NCBI GenBank assembly: GCA_951406725.2
Contig: OX597815.1
Span: forward strand, 176,142,001 to 176,206,000
Length of the DNA stretch: 64,000 bases
Direction of reading: 5' to 3'
From: Octopus vulgaris
Taxonomy: Eukaryota
Part shown: in pieces, positions 1 to 12,836 of the stretch
Numbering within the stretch: the first letter of the stretch is position 1
Layout of the letters: each line of letters begins with the position of its first letter
Position numbers and translations under genes: made by a program
The notes under the pieces: generated by a model
What the model was told of the DNA's origin: nothing
Seen by the model: the letters and a program-made list of their open reading frames with translations, nothing else
The model's database searches: none

Positions 1-1042
1 TAATTCTTTAGAGTTTAATTTGAAATACAGTTCATGCTTTACGTGTTTTCCCAGCGCGGTTCGAGGAATCGTAATAAGTGATCTATTAATGTAATTCTAA
101 AGTTTAGAACTACAAATTGCAGAGGAAAAGAAAAAAATTATTTTGAATGTAAACGATTCAAATTTTCCTCCACAATTTGTTATCAGGGTTCTAATATGAG
201 GAATACTAATATACGATGGTAAATATAATCTTCACTTTAAAACTAGGAATTTTAAGGTCTTAAATTTAAAACATAATGAAAATATAGTGTTTTAATCGTT
301 GCAGCATTCTCTTATTCACCTATTTTCGAATCTTGGAACTTGTTCATCATAGAAACATCAATATGGCAATAGGTTACAAGGTCTTATTTGTTTTGTTTAA
401 ATTCAATTAAAAGGGAAATGAAGTGGAATAAAAGAATCAAGAGGAAAACGAAGTAAATGGTGTCTAGTTAAGCAACAACGCTTATTGTTTTATTGACGGT
501 TGCGACCAGATGTAATCTCGTTGACGTCATTGCAGAACCATAAACAAAAGAATATTGCTCATTGCAATAAAGTGCTCAGAGATAATTTCGTTGAGAAAAA
601 TATTTATATAATACAAAAGGCCAACTTCGTAAACAGAAAACATATACTTCATAATAAAGAAAAACAAACTTAACGAGTTTTCACGGTCGACATCTTCATC
701 CATTTGGTCAGACAAATTGAATTTTATTCTAATATCCCAATGAATGAATAAAGAAATAGTAAAACATTGAAATATAATATGTAAAAGATGCGTCAGTGCA
801 GATATTGATTACTTATAATATATTGATTAATTCTTAGCATACATTCTGCACATATTCTTCATGCATTTAGACATAAATCTACCCGCTGAACTTGGCAGCA
901 TATTTAACAAACGCAATGTTGCTTGGAATCACGCTGTTATACATATACAAATGAAGTTGTATTGATCATTACTTTTCGCATCTACTCCTATATGCATTCG
1001 CAGACAAACATATGCATACATGCACACACAAACACCTAATCC

Positions 1043-1108
<66 letters not shown>

Positions 1109-1615
1109 TTGTGTGTGTATGTATGAATGCGTCTAGATTCTAATGAATCTTGTAACTTATATGTATATATATACACACCTGTGTAGCAGCACAGCATGAA
1201 AATTAAAACTGCTCAACGTGTTAAAAGAAAAAGCTTTCGTATTCTGGAATAAAAACTCAAAAGCTCGAGATCTCGATGGGAGCATCGAATTGATGGCTTC
1301 TCGTCAGTTTTCTTTTAACCGAGCATCGAGTTACGCAGAAGGAGCAACCGATATACCTATGTATCGAGTAAAAGAGTGTTAATCGAGGATGAGTGAGCTA
1401 AAGGCGTAATTTACATTAGGTTTCTGCCGTAGTATGAAATTCTTAAAATATCATACCTACGCCAATTAAGATGTATTCTTCCTATGACTATCAGGTTCCA
1501 TTATTCGTAATAATGGTAATGTGTTAAATGAGGTTTTAAACGCATTTGCTACCGAGAACATATTCGTTTCATTTCACATGAAACATATATATATATATAA
1601 ACGTACATGTGTATG

Positions 1616-1655
<40 letters not shown>

Positions 1656-2169
1656 CAGTATAGAAAGGTAAGTAGGTGGGTTATAGAATAATTAAAATAA
1701 TAGTTTTCTTTCCTACCATCATGTAACTAAGTCTTTTGGGTTAAAACACTTTCGGAACGTTTCTCGTAAATTTATCCTCGTCGTGGATGAGTAAGTCTTT
1801 CTGTAGAAAGAACCAATGTTTATTTAATCATCTTCCCATATATTGTTACAATATAACCGACGTCATATTGCGATTATATAATCAGAAGGCTGCAATATGC
1901 AAAATGTCTATTGCTGTAATTTCGTTGTAAATATTGCGATAAATATGGAATAAGAGACACGCTCGTCTCCACCTGAGATTGTTATGAGATTTTATTTTTT
2001 AGTTGAAAATATTTCACATGTAACATCTCCATGAAGATAAAATTATTCTTACTTTTAAAATGTATCTTTGCTAGAAAGGAAAGTAAAATATTATCCGCAC
2101 TTTCGCCAGCTGTGTTGTAGGGTAGTTCTGTGCTGGTTACGTAACCGCAGTCTCACCTTGATCACCCCA

Positions 2170-3290
2170 GTCTTCTGTCTTGTGTTACAGAAAAATCATG
2201 GCAATGTGCACCCAGGAAGAATGGAGTTCAGTCATCCAATTTCCCTGATTTGAAGGTGTGTCAGGGGCTGAAATATGTAGAGAGAGTTCTACAGCGTAGA
2301 AGAGTGTCTGGGTGGGTTGGGAAGTTCAAAAATGGCCGCACAAATATGAAAAGGGAGCAGAACGCCCATCAACCTTCTGCAAAGACTTGAAGATTCAACA
2401 AGTTCGAGAACTGGTGCTGGTGAATCAGCAAGTGACTTTCGATGGATTGGAATGTTCTTTGCAAATTAGTAATTCCAGACAAGCTTCTCTTCCGTAAAAT
2501 CTGTTCGAGATATGTGCCAAGAGCGCTTGTCAAAGCGCATAAGAGCAACTGTGTGTAGATCTGTCAACGCTTACCCGGCCCTTTGAATGTTGAAGGTGGA
2601 GCAATTTTGGAGAGAAAAATCACAGGAAATCAGATCTGGATACATTACTTGGGACTAGAATCCAAAAGGTAGAGTAAGGAGTGAAAATGCCCGGGATGGA
2701 GGGGGAAAAAGAAATTCAAGACTCAAACTTCTTAAGAAGTGATGCTAACGGTTTTTTTCTTTTTTCTCTTTTTTTTTTTTTTGAGATGCAAAGGGGTCTA
2801 TACTGGAACATCGCCTGAAAAGGCGTCTACAGTCACTGGTGTAGAATACAAGGAAATACTGGCCAACAAACTGAAAGCAAAAATTGGCACCTAACACCGA
2901 GGACTTTTGTCTAAGGAAGAGTTATAGTTGCAGAACAATGCAAGCCCACATACGGACACCGACACCGTTGAAACTGTTGAAAAATTGGGTTTCGATTTGC
3001 AGCAACACTCTACATATACTCCAGATCTCGCTCCTTTTTGTACTCTCACCTCTTTGGAACACTCAGACATCCTTTACAAGGTAATCAATTTGCTACGGAC
3101 AAAGAAGCGCAGGAAGTGATGCATAAATGGCTGCGTGACCAACCGAAAATCTTTTCCTCCGATTGAATGAAAAAGCTTGTGGAAGAAGTGCATCTTAAAG
3201 CGAGGAGACTATGGTCGAACATGATGGAATTGTTCAATACCTAATTTTGTTTTAGCAAATTACCGAAACATGAGTGTGAACATTTTATTT
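2170..3290 (+). mobile_element. Decayed mariner (DD34D-type) transposon
   Basis: Frameshifted transposase motifs: EEWSSVIQF..EGVSGAEI, ITGNQIWIHY (TGDETW-like), LQNNASPH (HDNARPH-like), HSTYTPDLAP (HPPYSPDLAP-like). Confidence 0.85.
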
Positions 3291-3520
3291 TTATTTCCTC
3301 TCGTATTAATAGGAAATGTATCGATATGCTATGAGCGCAAAACTAAAATTTTGAAAGTGAAACAAAGCTTTGTTCATTTTACGTGCATAAACACGAAGAC
3401 GTTCGCTGTAAGAGATAAGGGGAAGAAAGCTACTAGTTATGTCCGGTATTGGAGGTGATGTGATGCGTAATGGCTACAAATAAACAATACATTTGACAGG
3501 CCGGCATGGGTGCGTGATGT

Positions 3521-3554
<34 letters not shown>

Positions 3555-3622
3555 CACACACCTACTACCTGTCTGTCTATCTATCTATAGATAGATCAGA
3601 CAGACAGACAGATAGATAAATT

Positions 3623-3738
3623 TTTTTCCGTAATGAGATAATAAACCAAGGCTGTATAGATTTTAGAACATTTATAAATATTATAAATGTTCTAAAATCC
3701 ACACAGCCTTGGGTTTTTTTAATCTCATTACGGAAAAA
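3623..3738. repeat. Near-perfect palindrome (arms about 56 bp, 3-nt loop), MITE-like fold-back
   Basis: tttttccgtaatgagat..ccaaggctgt..gattttagaacatttataa (ata) ttataaatgttctaaaatc..acagccttgg..atctcattacggaaaaa. Confidence 0.9.
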
Positions 3739-5847
3739 TGTCTTTATATATACAGATGCTGATATATGACCTACGTTGGATCCTTTATTCACATAATCCC
3801 CGAACCTAGAAGTCAACTATGGTCTATCCATAGCACTTACCCAGCATTACCTGACACCTTTGGGTTTCACTGACACCATTGCCTCTCATAACCTCTCTCT
3901 CTCTCTCATATATATATACATATATATATTTATATTTATACACACACACACAAAACTACATTCTGTAATGTTTTATTTTAAGACGTAAGAAAGTGATGTT
4001 AATGGATTATAAAAATATTTGAATGACGTCAGTTCTAAGTAACTCCATAACAAGCAAACCGTTGGGGTTTATGTGATCTGTGCTGTGGCATTCATTCATC
4101 ATTTTTGCATCTTTTTAGGCTGGTAGACTTGTCTGCATCTATAGTAAACAAACTAGGAATATTCACGTAGTGAGCGGTTGGGTCGACGCACAGGGGTAAT
4201 GACGGAGATGCATTTAGACACCTTACTCTGCTTATTGTTAGAAATGTGTTGCCTGTGCAAACGTACGGAAGATTTACCCCAGGCATCTTCTTGTACGCTA
4301 CAGATGGGTTGCGATCATTTCAGAGCATTTTAAATCCCTTGAAATGTTGAACGTCGGTATATGAAAATTATTCAAAGTGAAGGTGATTTTACCAATATCT
4401 TTAGAGTTTCGATCACCACAGTGGTATCCTTTCGGTTGTCAGAGCTGTTAGTTTATGAACATTTACTGGACCTGTTTGCCATTGAGCACTTCAACTTCGG
4501 CTCTAGACATTAGATACACAGATTTATACTAGTGGGTTTGATGTTTTCATATACGAATGGTATCTCGGGAATATTCAAACTAATGGTTTGAACAACGAAG
4601 ATTAACCATTAACAAACTAGAGGCTTGCAACACACAACCTGGTGAGGCATAACCTGCTAGCATCTGTTGCTGGTTGTATGATTCAGCAATCATGTTGACT
4701 ATCCTGTTTCAGTTGGTTCACGTTATGTGGACGTTCACTGAAGCAGCTCCATTGGTAGAGTTTTGTCGATGATGAACGTTGTGGTCATCGTTTGCGAGAC
4801 AAACTTTCCTTTCACTGTGCTGTAAGTCTAGAGAAAAGCGTTGGCCAAATTACAAAACTCAGCATTTGGTGTGTAACCCTTGCGTATATATTTCCCCGAC
4901 AACTGATGATTCAGTCGGCGTATTCTGATTTATTCTATAGGGATTTAGTAAAAGGAATGACGATGTCCTGAACGTCGATGAGGCATCCTTGGGAAACCTG
5001 AAAACTTCCAGATTGGCAATTAAGCATAAGAGCCAAAGATTGTTTGTGCTACAAGTGCTACTGTGCTCAGTGCATGAACGTTTTAATGCTTTGGCACTGC
5101 TTATATGGATAGCTGCATGTATTCATTTCCTTTCAGGTAAATCACATCAGAACACATGACTGATTCACGAAAACGTACTCTACTCTCGGTATCATTTGTT
5201 AAGGCAAAACTATTTCCAGTAACCACCATTCTGCAAATCTGAGACTGGTATTTCGAAACGTCCCTACACATGTCCAAAACGAGAGTAAAAACAAAAAACA
5301 AAACAAAACAGTATTTTGATAATTTTACAACGTTACTGCTTTCAAAGACGCATCATTCATAAAAGTAAATAATTGTCTCTTTTTAGTTCAGTCGCGATTG
5401 AAACGTTTAGAATTGAACGTCTACCATATGGATTCGATACACTGCCTATTAAAGGACTCTTTCCATCAGTCCTTGAGTTGTGTCTTGTAAAGTATACTCA
5501 CGCATTCACTTAAAATTGACGATCGATTTAAAATCTTATGAACTAATCTGTATGGAATATTTTTAATTTTCATCGAGATATCAAATGAAAATAATTGATT
5601 TCAGAATTGTTTTTTAAGTATATTATATTTATTATACAATGCATATATTCATATCTATCTATCTAACTAGTAATCTATTTGTCTACCTATTTGTTTGTCT
5701 ACATGTCTATCTTATCTATCAATCTATCTATCTATCTATCTGTTCATGTATCTATCTATCTATCAATCTGTCTGTCCATGTATCTATCTATCGATTTATC
5801 TATATGTCCATGTATCTATCTATTTATCTATCCGTCCACCCATGTAC

Positions 5848-5925
<78 letters not shown>

Positions 5926-5967
5926 GCAATTTCATGTTCGTTGAAGCATTTCTTCTTTCTTTTTCAG

Positions 5968-6177
5968 GTTATTAAGACGTTAGTCATAGTGGTAACCATA
6001 TTTGTTTTATGCTGGCTTCCATTACACGTGTTTTTCTTAGTTCTTGACTTCCAACCAGCACTGGCTAATATGTCTAACCAAACATTGACTAGCATATATT
6101 TGGGAGTTCACTGGCTTGCGATGTCAAACAGCTTCGCCAATCCGATTATATATGGATTCACAAATGAAAGTTTTCGG
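5968..6177 (+). CDS. Internal coding exon (TM6-ECL3-TM7) of a class A neuropeptide GPCR, tachykinin/luqin-RYamide/leucokinin receptor-like
   Basis: Pyrimidine tract and ttttcAG acceptor (AG 5966-5967), GTAAGA donor at 6178, 70 codons, phase 0/0. Translation VIKTLVIVVTIFVLCWLPLH...HWLAMSNSFANPIIYGFTNESFR contains the CWxP and NPxxY motifs; WLAMSNS is typical of this receptor group. I found no upstream exons in the window. Confidence 0.93.
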
Positions 6178-6577
6178 GTAAGATGTCTATTTGTTTCTTG
6201 CATTTATATTTGATGTTTGTATCCTTATTTTGCAGTCATAAGTACTTATACTGACAGGTATTTAACTTTAGGAAAGTTGCAGTAAAACCAATTCACTGAC
6301 TTAATTAACGTAAAACGTATTAAATCGTACATTTTGACATAGTGTTCAAGATCTATTCAAGTAAGCAAGCAAGCAAGCAAGCACACACACACAATGGCAG
6401 ACTCATATATATCAAATAACAAATGACAAAGGAACGAAAATTACCTAATCACTTTCATCAGCTTACAACTGTTGCTGTTATGAGAAGCCGAGGGCTCGTG
6501 CGATATCATAGCTTTCCCCGAGCTTTAAAAATGGGTGCATATATATTGTGGAAAGCATGCTTATTGCTTTCCTCAGT

Positions 6578-6613
<36 letters not shown>

Positions 6614-6624
6614 AATACTTACAT

Positions 6625-6700
6625 TGGACGGATAGGTGCCCTCACCTTGTTTGTTGTTATCACAAAATTTCGGTTGGTGTACTCTCCAGCCTACATCAGG
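6625..6700 (-). ncRNA. Degenerate minimal hammerhead ribozyme motif in a PLE terminal repeat
   Basis: Minus strand reads CUGAUGUA-GGCUGG-agaguaca-CCAACC-GAAA (6699 to 6668). The core and stem III carry substitutions. Confidence 0.55.
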
Positions 6701-6807
6701 TGTTCGGGTAGAATTTCGAACCCAACCCTTTATTTAACTACTGGGTTACTCTTTTCTCATTCCTAAGGTATTTTAGGTATCTTTTGCTGATATTATTATT
6801 ATTTATT

Positions 6808-6882
6808 CAAGTCACTGATTGGGATTGAATCCGGAATATTAGGGTTAGTAGCCCGCGCTCTTAACCACTACACTACATGCCC
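6808..6882 (-). other. tRNA-like segment with Pol III A and B boxes, lying between the PLE ORF end and the HHR motif
   Basis: GGGCATGTAGTGTAGTGGTTAAGAGCGCGGGCTACTAACCC...GGATTCAATCC: A box, anticodon-like arm GGG-CTACTAA-CCC, B box. It is not a complete tRNA. Confidence 0.7.
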
Positions 6883-6884
6883 AG

Positions 6885-7670
6885 AGTGAATTTTGAATCT
6901 TTTCTTAATAGCGGTTCCCATATTCTACTCGTATCTGCACTCGGTCTGCTTGGGAGGTTGTTGTGTCCTGGCATATGCGCTGCTTCTTTTAGTTTTCGTA
7001 TTTTCCAGTGGTGTTCTGTCTATTATTTTAACTTCATCCCATGGGGGCGGGTCTCCGTTTTTCCGTACATGATCACCTATACTCGATTTTTCAATATTCC
7101 CTCATGTCACAGCTTTACGATGTTCCTCTACCCTTATTCTGAGGGGGTGGGATGTTTCGCCTTTGTATAACCTACCATAGCTGCATGAGATGGAGTACAC
7201 GCAGTCTTTGGTCATATTCTCTTCTATTGGTGGTTTTACTAGAAAGAGATATTTGCGAAGTGTTGTATTACTCTTGAACACTGTCTTGGTGTCAAATGGA
7301 CCGCATATCTGTTATATCTTTTCCAAAAGGCCTTTCACATAGGGTAGACAGACTGGTCAGTTTATGGGACTTCATCCTCTCTCTCCTCTTCCTAATTGCA
7401 GTGGATAGTATGTTTTTGGGGTAATTGTTGCTTAATAGATTGTTACTTAGCTTGATAATTTCTTCGTGGTGGGTATCACGATCGCTACTTATATTTTTTG
7501 CTCGATGTTTTAGGCACAGAGCAATCCCTCTCTTTACACTGTATGGGTGGTGGGAACTGGAGTTGAGGTATCGTCCATTAAAGGTTAGCTTCCGGTATAC
7601 GGTTGTCCTGAACTCATACTCAGTGCATGTTATTAATATATCCAGTTCGAAATTCCACCAGGACACCCAA
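6885..7670 (-). mobile_element. 5'-truncated Penelope-like element (RT C-terminus plus GIY-YIG endonuclease), degenerate
   Basis: ORF 7292-7666 LDILIT..TTVYRKLT..RYLN..SHHP..VKRG is a PLE RT thumb region. Downstream, in another frame, CVYSISCSYGRLYKGETSHPLRIRVEEH is GIY-YIG-like and the ORF ends near ..IWEPLL. Confidence 0.88.
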
Positions 7671-8544
7671 TGAAGGTTGAAGAGTACAGGCTAAGAGTTG
7701 TGTATGGTTGTGTGTGTGTGTGCGCGCGCGCGACGAGAATAATTATTTAGATTCACAGAAGAATTCTTTGAAATTCTCACTTAGAACATGGCCTCTCAGT
7801 GTTGACGGACAGGTCAGCCAGCCATTAAAATATATGCTCGTCCCTTTAAAGAAAAACACTGACCCACGTTGCTGTAAAAAAATGTTAATCTTTATTTCAT
7901 TTCCATTCCCTTATGAAGATTGGAAGAGCTTTTATACCTGTTTATAAATAATCTGAGAAATGTTATCTTCATTACCTGTGACCAATTTTTCGTTTTATTC
8001 TTATTAACATATAATTCCTAACACTACCAAGAACATTATCCTATTTCTTCGCGACTGCAAGACGTCGGAATGATGTGATTGCGTGTAAGACCACAACCAG
8101 AGAATACTATCTGTTCGGAGAAAGTTCTTAAAGAAAAATCTGATAAGATGACAACACTCATCACAAAATTGAATAGTCCATCCGGTAACCGATATGAAAT
8201 TGTGGATAGAATCCAAACACAAACGAAACTGTTCTGCATCTTCACACAGAAAATAACAAAATGCTGGTAATATCATTAACTTCACCCAAAACTTGGAGGT
8301 ACACCCGTTTCGAAGAGAATTGAACAATGCACCAACATTATAAGAATGGAAGTGCAATCACAATGAGAAATGATATTAAAATCTTTGAAAATGGTCTGTA
8401 AACTAAGGCAAACAGGCATAGAATGGAATAGAACATCGTTGAAAGCAATAGGTCTACGAATATTGAAATTAGCAAAACAGAATATTAAGTTAGAGAAAAC
8501 AAAATTTTATTTGAATTTGTGTGGGTGTGGGTGTGCGCACGCGA

Positions 8545-8747
8545 GTCCTCCACGTCATCTTGACAACCGGTGTTGGTGTGTTTATGTCCCTGTAATTTAG
8601 CGTCTCAGCAAAAGAGACCGATAGAATAAGTACCAGGCTTTAAAAAGAAATAATTACTGGGGTTGATTAACTTGACTAAGAATTCATCAAGTCGGTGCCC
8701 CAGTATGGCCGCAGTCTAATGAGTGAAACAAGTAAAAGATAAAAGAT
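8545..8747 (+). mobile_element. SINE family A, 3' half
   Basis: cttgacaaccg..gcaaaagagaccgatagaataagtac..cagtatggccgcagtc..gaaacaagtaaaag matches the full copies at 29.9 kb and 54.0 kb. Confidence 0.8.
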
Positions 8748-9363
8748 ACCTGTGTGTATGTGTATCTATGCACGTATGCGGTCTGTGTGCGTAGATAAGT
8801 GGATCATTGGCTAATGTACACTGGTTTATGTCAAGGTGTACTCGACCATTGACATAGTTAAACGCATCAGGCATAACAAAGTGTTGTCTCGACTCGCCAC
8901 ATTCGTCTTTAAAATTTAAGTTTGGTTCAAAACATGTTTCCACTTGCGACGTAACCTCGTTGTCCCGTCACTGGCACCGAAAATGTCAGCCGATTATTAA
9001 ACAATGTGGTTACTGAAACATGGAGACTGTCATTGAAGAAATAGAAAGATTTAAGAAGCGATTTGTTTTCTTTGCTTTGGCGAAAGCTTTATAACCAGTG
9101 CTGGAATATACTAAGAAACTAGGCTTTCTTCACTTTTCACTAATATATTTATCATTATCATTAAGAGTGCTTCGCATACTCGCTTTCGGTATTGTTCTTT
9201 TGTTCTTTCTTTCTTTACCCCTCCCCTATCTATCTATCTATCATCTGTTCATGATTTACTGTTAAATTCAGGTAAGATCAACAAAAATTAGTCCATCCAC
9301 TGTGAGATAAATATTATTTAATGTGCAGTATAATCTCTGTCCACACACGCACAAACACACATA

Positions 9364-9394
<31 letters not shown>

Positions 9395-9487
9395 ACATAT
9401 GTACAGATTAATGACTTGTAGGTACGTGGTATTTCGTTATGAAATATATTAAATGTTTTTATAAGTCAACACCATGCTCTACTAAGT

Positions 9488-9625
9488 TACATTATTTTGT
9501 TGAGGTTATTTCTACATATTTTCTATAGAAATTATAGCCAGCTCTGATTTTTGCCATAACATTTCAGTGGTGGGTTTAATTTCGATAGAATATCTTTAGA
9601 AATAACCTTAACAAAATAATATGTA
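9488..9625. repeat. Imperfect inverted repeat (arms about 48 bp, spacer about 42 nt)
   Basis: tacattattttgttgaggttatttcta..tttctatagaaatta versus taatttcgatagaa..tagaaataaccttaacaaaataat. Confidence 0.8.
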
Positions 9626-9635
9626 CACGTATACC

Positions 9636-9667
<32 letters not shown>

Positions 9668-9669
<2 letters not shown>

Positions 9670-9930
9670 TTGAAATTCACAGAAAAACTAAAGACGAAGA
9701 CAGGTGTATGAACATAAACTAGGTGTATTAGTTTGACGCTCGCGAAAGTGAGAAAGTCTTTTACGTTTCGAACCTACGCTCCTGCAGAAAGGAATAAGAG
9801 AAATATAAAGAGAGAGAATAAAAACCGTGTGGATTTAGTGATATAGTCAATTTGAGGAAGTCAAATCCTCATTAGAAATTATGTAATCCAAGGTATACCA
9901 CTGGTTTAATCCGTACCATATGATGACTTT
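9668..9930 (-). mobile_element. Solo PLE-type terminal repeat with a decayed HHR motif, between (AT)n tracts
   Basis: Minus strand at 9762-9788 reads CUGCAG-GAGC-GUAG-GUUC-GAAACGUA. Stem II, GAAA and the short ACGU palindrome are retained; the CUGANGA core is damaged. Confidence 0.5.
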
Positions 9931-9932
9931 TC

Positions 9933-9970
<38 letters not shown>

Positions 9971-11060
9971 GCGCTAAACAAGCGACAAAAGACATGTCAT
10001 TGTTGTTATAAACAACCACGGTCTTCCAAGTTGCGTAGAGGGCATATATTTGCTAAAAAAAAATCACAAGAAACGTAATTATTCTCCAGTAAAGGAAGTT
10101 CTGAGGATCAAAATTCCTTTTTTTACTTTTTTTTTTTTTTTTTGCTGGTGAAAGTCAGGCTCAGAGATATAGTGATGCTAATGATGTTATAAATTGATTG
10201 CCTTAGTTTCCTGGAAACCAGCAAGGCCAACAGGTAATTCAGCAACGTTCAAGAAAAGGATTAAAAGGACTGAAAGCAGTTAGATAGGATTATAGAAGAC
10301 AGGAGGACTTGGAAGGAATGTATTAACGTTCAATTTTTGCACACAGAATGTAGCATTAACTTTCTCTCCGCTGCGTCTAAAAAGGTAAAAAAAAGAAGCA
10401 TTTCATGCTTAACATAGTCGATGGTGATATTTCAGCAATAAAGGTTAAGATTATATATGGCGTTGAGTTTGTTTCTGACGTAATTTTCTTATCTCGCTTG
10501 GCTTTCTGAATATTTGTCAGTGCAACACACTTAAATTGACGTATTTTCAAAACTATATCGAAGAATTCGCTGATATGTCAATATTGATTTCTTCCTTGAA
10601 TTTTGTTTTAATTGTTACACTGTAGGAGGTTTATTGCTAATGATTCTCTACCGCACTACACGAAGGTAAATTATTTAATCAATATAAAGCTGATGGTAAG
10701 CGAAACTGATACCACAGTACATTGAACTTAGGATGTTGCCAGACGGTTAAGCATAGAAATCTATCCCCCTATCGTTTCTCGTTACTTTTCGCATTCGATA
10801 ATGTAATACGTTTCATAGATGCAGAGATACAACGCTTAAAATTTACACGATACACAAACATATATTATAAAATGTTCATGGATTCTCTCAAGACCAGACC
10901 ACTAATAGCGACCCGGTAAACTGATATTCTTTGTATACATAAGGGATATTTATTACATACACATGCACATATATAGACATACTCACTTATAAGCACAAAT
11001 ACGTAAACATACATACATGCATGTATATATGCATATGTAAATATATATATACACACACAC

Positions 11061-11102
<42 letters not shown>

Positions 11103-11161
11103 GATAAATAGATAGATAGATAAAACTTTGAAATGGATGCGTGGTGTTCGATCATTTTTAG

Positions 11162-11212
<51 letters not shown>

Positions 11213-11569
11213 CCATTCACACACACATACACTTCATTTGTCACTATATATTGCATTATTTCGCTGAGGGGAAAAGGATATATGGTCAGAAAAATATACA
11301 ATATTATACTACTTCATGTTATTACATTCTGTCCTGAAATACTACTGGAATCGATTTTCCATAAATCTACAAATCTTGCACGATCATCAGAACCGAATCC
11401 ATCAGAAATCACCATTGCAGCAATGCAAATACAACAAAATATTATACAAAAGAATCATGCATGGAACTTCCGAAGTGCGAATAGAATTTGTGTTGCAAAC
11501 ATTGGCACAATGCCACAGATCTGTAGTTGGGCATAGTTTTTAGTGAAATATATATATATAAAGCTTCAT

Positions 11570-12236
11570 AACAGAGCTGCGGCCATGCTGGGGCACCACC
11601 GTTTTGCTACACTTATCATTGAGGCCCTCCTCTAATATGTGGTATTTGGTGAATTAGTGTGTTTGATGCCGCTACCCTCATTTGCACCTCCTGCTGTGAG
11701 GTAGCTTCATCTGGGAGTCTCGACAGGAAGAGGTCCAGTTTTGATTTGAAAACACTGACATCCACTTTGTGTAGGTCACCTAGGCTCTTTGCAAAAAAAT
11801 CAAAAAGCTGTGGCCCTTGAAACCCAGAAGCGCGATGGCATTGCTGAGATATTTGGCACTATGCAGTGTTGACCCGTTCTAGAATTGGTGTAGCTTTCAA
11901 TGCTAAAATTTGGCACAATTCCTTCCACGACCTTCCAGATGTATATTACTGCATACCTCTCCCGCTTTCGCACCCGGAAGAAGTGTCTTAGCCGTCTCAG
12001 CCTTTCCCAGTAGCTGAGCTGTTGCAGAGACGATCTTCTTTGTGAAGCTTCGGTGGATTGCTTCAAGGACCGTTGTTAATTTTACACTGTTGGGTGACCA
12101 TAGCTAGGAGCAGTAATCCAGGCGGCCGACGACGAATATCCTCCAGAGGACCATCATGGTTTCCTTATCTCTGGTTCTGAATGTTTTCAGGATCCATCTA
12201 GCCAGTCGTCTGCACTTTCTCGCCGTCATCGAAAGG
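11570..12236 (-). mobile_element. CR1/L2-like LINE 3' fragment, same family as 31.3-33.6 kb
   Basis: LSYWERLRRL..RERY..IYIWK motif; near-colinear with 31270-31910. Confidence 0.88.
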
Positions 12237-12251
12237 TGTGTATATATATAA

Positions 12252-12282
<31 letters not shown>

Positions 12283-12301
12283 CACATATATATATATATA
12301 T

Positions 12302-12523
12302 GTGAGCTGGCAGAAACGTTAGCACGCCGGGCGAAATGCGTAGCCGTATTTCGTCTGCCGTTACGTTCTGAGTTCAAATTCCGCCGAGGTCGACTTTGCC
12401 TTTCATCCTTTCAGGGTCGATAAATAAAGTACCAGTTACGCACTGGGGTCGATGTAATCAACTTAATCCCTTTGTCTGTCCTTGTTTGTCCCCTCTATGT
12501 TTAGCCCCTTGTGGGCAGTAAAG

Positions 12524-12526
<3 letters not shown>
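12302..12526 (+). mobile_element. SINE family B (tRNA-derived, conserved central domain)
   Basis: gagctggcagaaacgttagcacgccgggcgaaatgc..gagttcaaattccgccgaggtcgactttgcctttcatcctttc; at least 8 related copies in the window. Confidence 0.88.
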
Positions 12527-12570
<44 letters not shown>

Positions 12571-12706
12571 TATGCATGTATGTATATATTTCGATTCTCA
12601 AATGCTTTAAACAATGGGTATACTCGAGAAAGAGGAACCAGCCATCATATATAATATAATATATATGATGTATAGTATATATATATATATATATATATAT
12701 TATAAA

Positions 12707-12739
<33 letters not shown>

Positions 12740-12790
12740 TATATATATATATATATCTTATAAAGTATATATATATATACAGACTATACA

Positions 12791-12836
<46 letters not shown>

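Noticed and set aside
4895-4920. CUGAUGA within a small hairpin as a hammerhead
   Set aside because: No GAAA-stem III-UH half at a compatible position.
5639-5967. ORF extensions upstream of the GPCR exon, and the many YIYI/CVCV/THTH ORFs across the window
   Set aside because: They are translations of (TATC)n, (TA)n, (TG)n and (CA)n microsatellites, which lack stop codons; coding similarity starts only at the splice acceptor.
6808-6882. Functional tRNA gene
   Set aside because: The acceptor and T stems do not pair properly and there is no terminator; I treat it as a tRNA-derived element head.
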